The translations under genes and the position numbers were made by a program. A DNA stretch of 64,000 bases from an uncultured bacterium (GTDB lineage: Bacteria > Chlamydiota > Chlamydiia > Chlamydiales > SM23-39): assembly GCA_964424735.1 (NCBI GenBank), contig CAYRJU010000006.1, positions 2,158 to 66,157 on the forward strand. Reading direction: 5' to 3'. Shown here one piece after another: positions 63,867 through 64,000 of this stretch (the first letter of the stretch is position 1; each line of letters opens with the position of its first letter). Below the pieces are notes generated by a model, which saw nothing but the letters and a program-made list of their open reading frames with translations, made no database searches and was not told the DNA's origin.

Positions 63867-64000
63867 ATGAGCGCTCTTAAATCTATTAGTTATTCAGAAC
63901 CAGACCCTTGCATATCCTCCCCTGTGGTCAAAGCCACTGAGGCAGAAACTAGGGTGGCTCGCCTCATGCAAACGGTCATCGAGCAAAAAGAGGAGAAGGT
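63867..64000 (+). CDS. Hypothetical protein, 5' part only (runs off the window edge)
   Basis: The frame is open from the ATG at 63867 to the window end (MSALKSISYSEPDPCISSPVVKATEAETRVARLMQ...). Confidence 0.3.
   Translation, partial: MSALKSISYSEPDPCISSPVVKATEAETRVARLMQTVIEQKEEK

Noticed and set aside
1-64000. Search for prophage, IS or integrative element boundaries (integrase, transposase, tRNA-adjacent att sites)
   Set aside because: No ORF shows integrase, transposase or phage structural motifs. The only mobile-element-like signals are the non-coding palindromes reported separately.

Overview
The window is a densely coding chromosomal segment, about 75 CDS. I found no rRNA, tRNA, CRISPR array, transposase or integrase. 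It most likely comes from a Chlamydia-like (environmental Chlamydiota) bacterium. The evidence for that is a type III secretion block sctJ-(K-like)-L-R-S-T in the same order as C. trachomatis CT559-CT564, several proteins with Inc-like hydrophobic N-terminal segments, and MOMP/Legionella-type porins. The lineage assignment is inference.

Housekeeping blocks:
- rodA, birA and gpmA
- pseudouridine synthase, PiT phosphate transporter, glgP and hemH
- aroB-aroA-aroK-aroC
- sufBCDS
- rfbB-rfbD-rfbC, pgeF and an EamA transporter

Accessory blocks worth a second look:
1. An ERG6/sterol-methyltransferase-like gene sits next to a membrane-anchored neutral-sphingomyelinase-like EEP phosphodiesterase and an Inc-like protein (16.4-20.0 kb).
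2. A translationally coupled pair at 62.5-63.8 kb: a signal-anchored AdoMetDC (SpeH)-fold protein whose self-processing Ser is replaced by Gly, and a signal-anchored kinase-like protein.
3. Two tandem protealysin-like M4 metalloproteases (one tail-anchored), followed by a 976-aa GHSLG-lipase-motif protein and a Ser/Pro-rich protein (43.1-49.4 kb).
4. An apparently catalytically dead NifS-like/NifU-like pair (2.1-3.9 kb).
5. Split LigD (ligase plus polymerase genes) without Ku, next to a HigB/Gp49-type toxin carrying a 1-nt frameshift and an intact antitoxin (54.5-56.9 kb).
6. Four long (about 100-180 bp) intergenic hairpin or MITE-like palindromes with no obvious sequence similarity to one another, plus a 2 x 32-bp quasi-palindromic tandem repeat abutting a start codon.
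7. An AT-richer orphan-gene block with a LuxR-type regulator downstream of the T3SS genes.

All functional calls rest on motifs read from the supplied translations. No database search was run.
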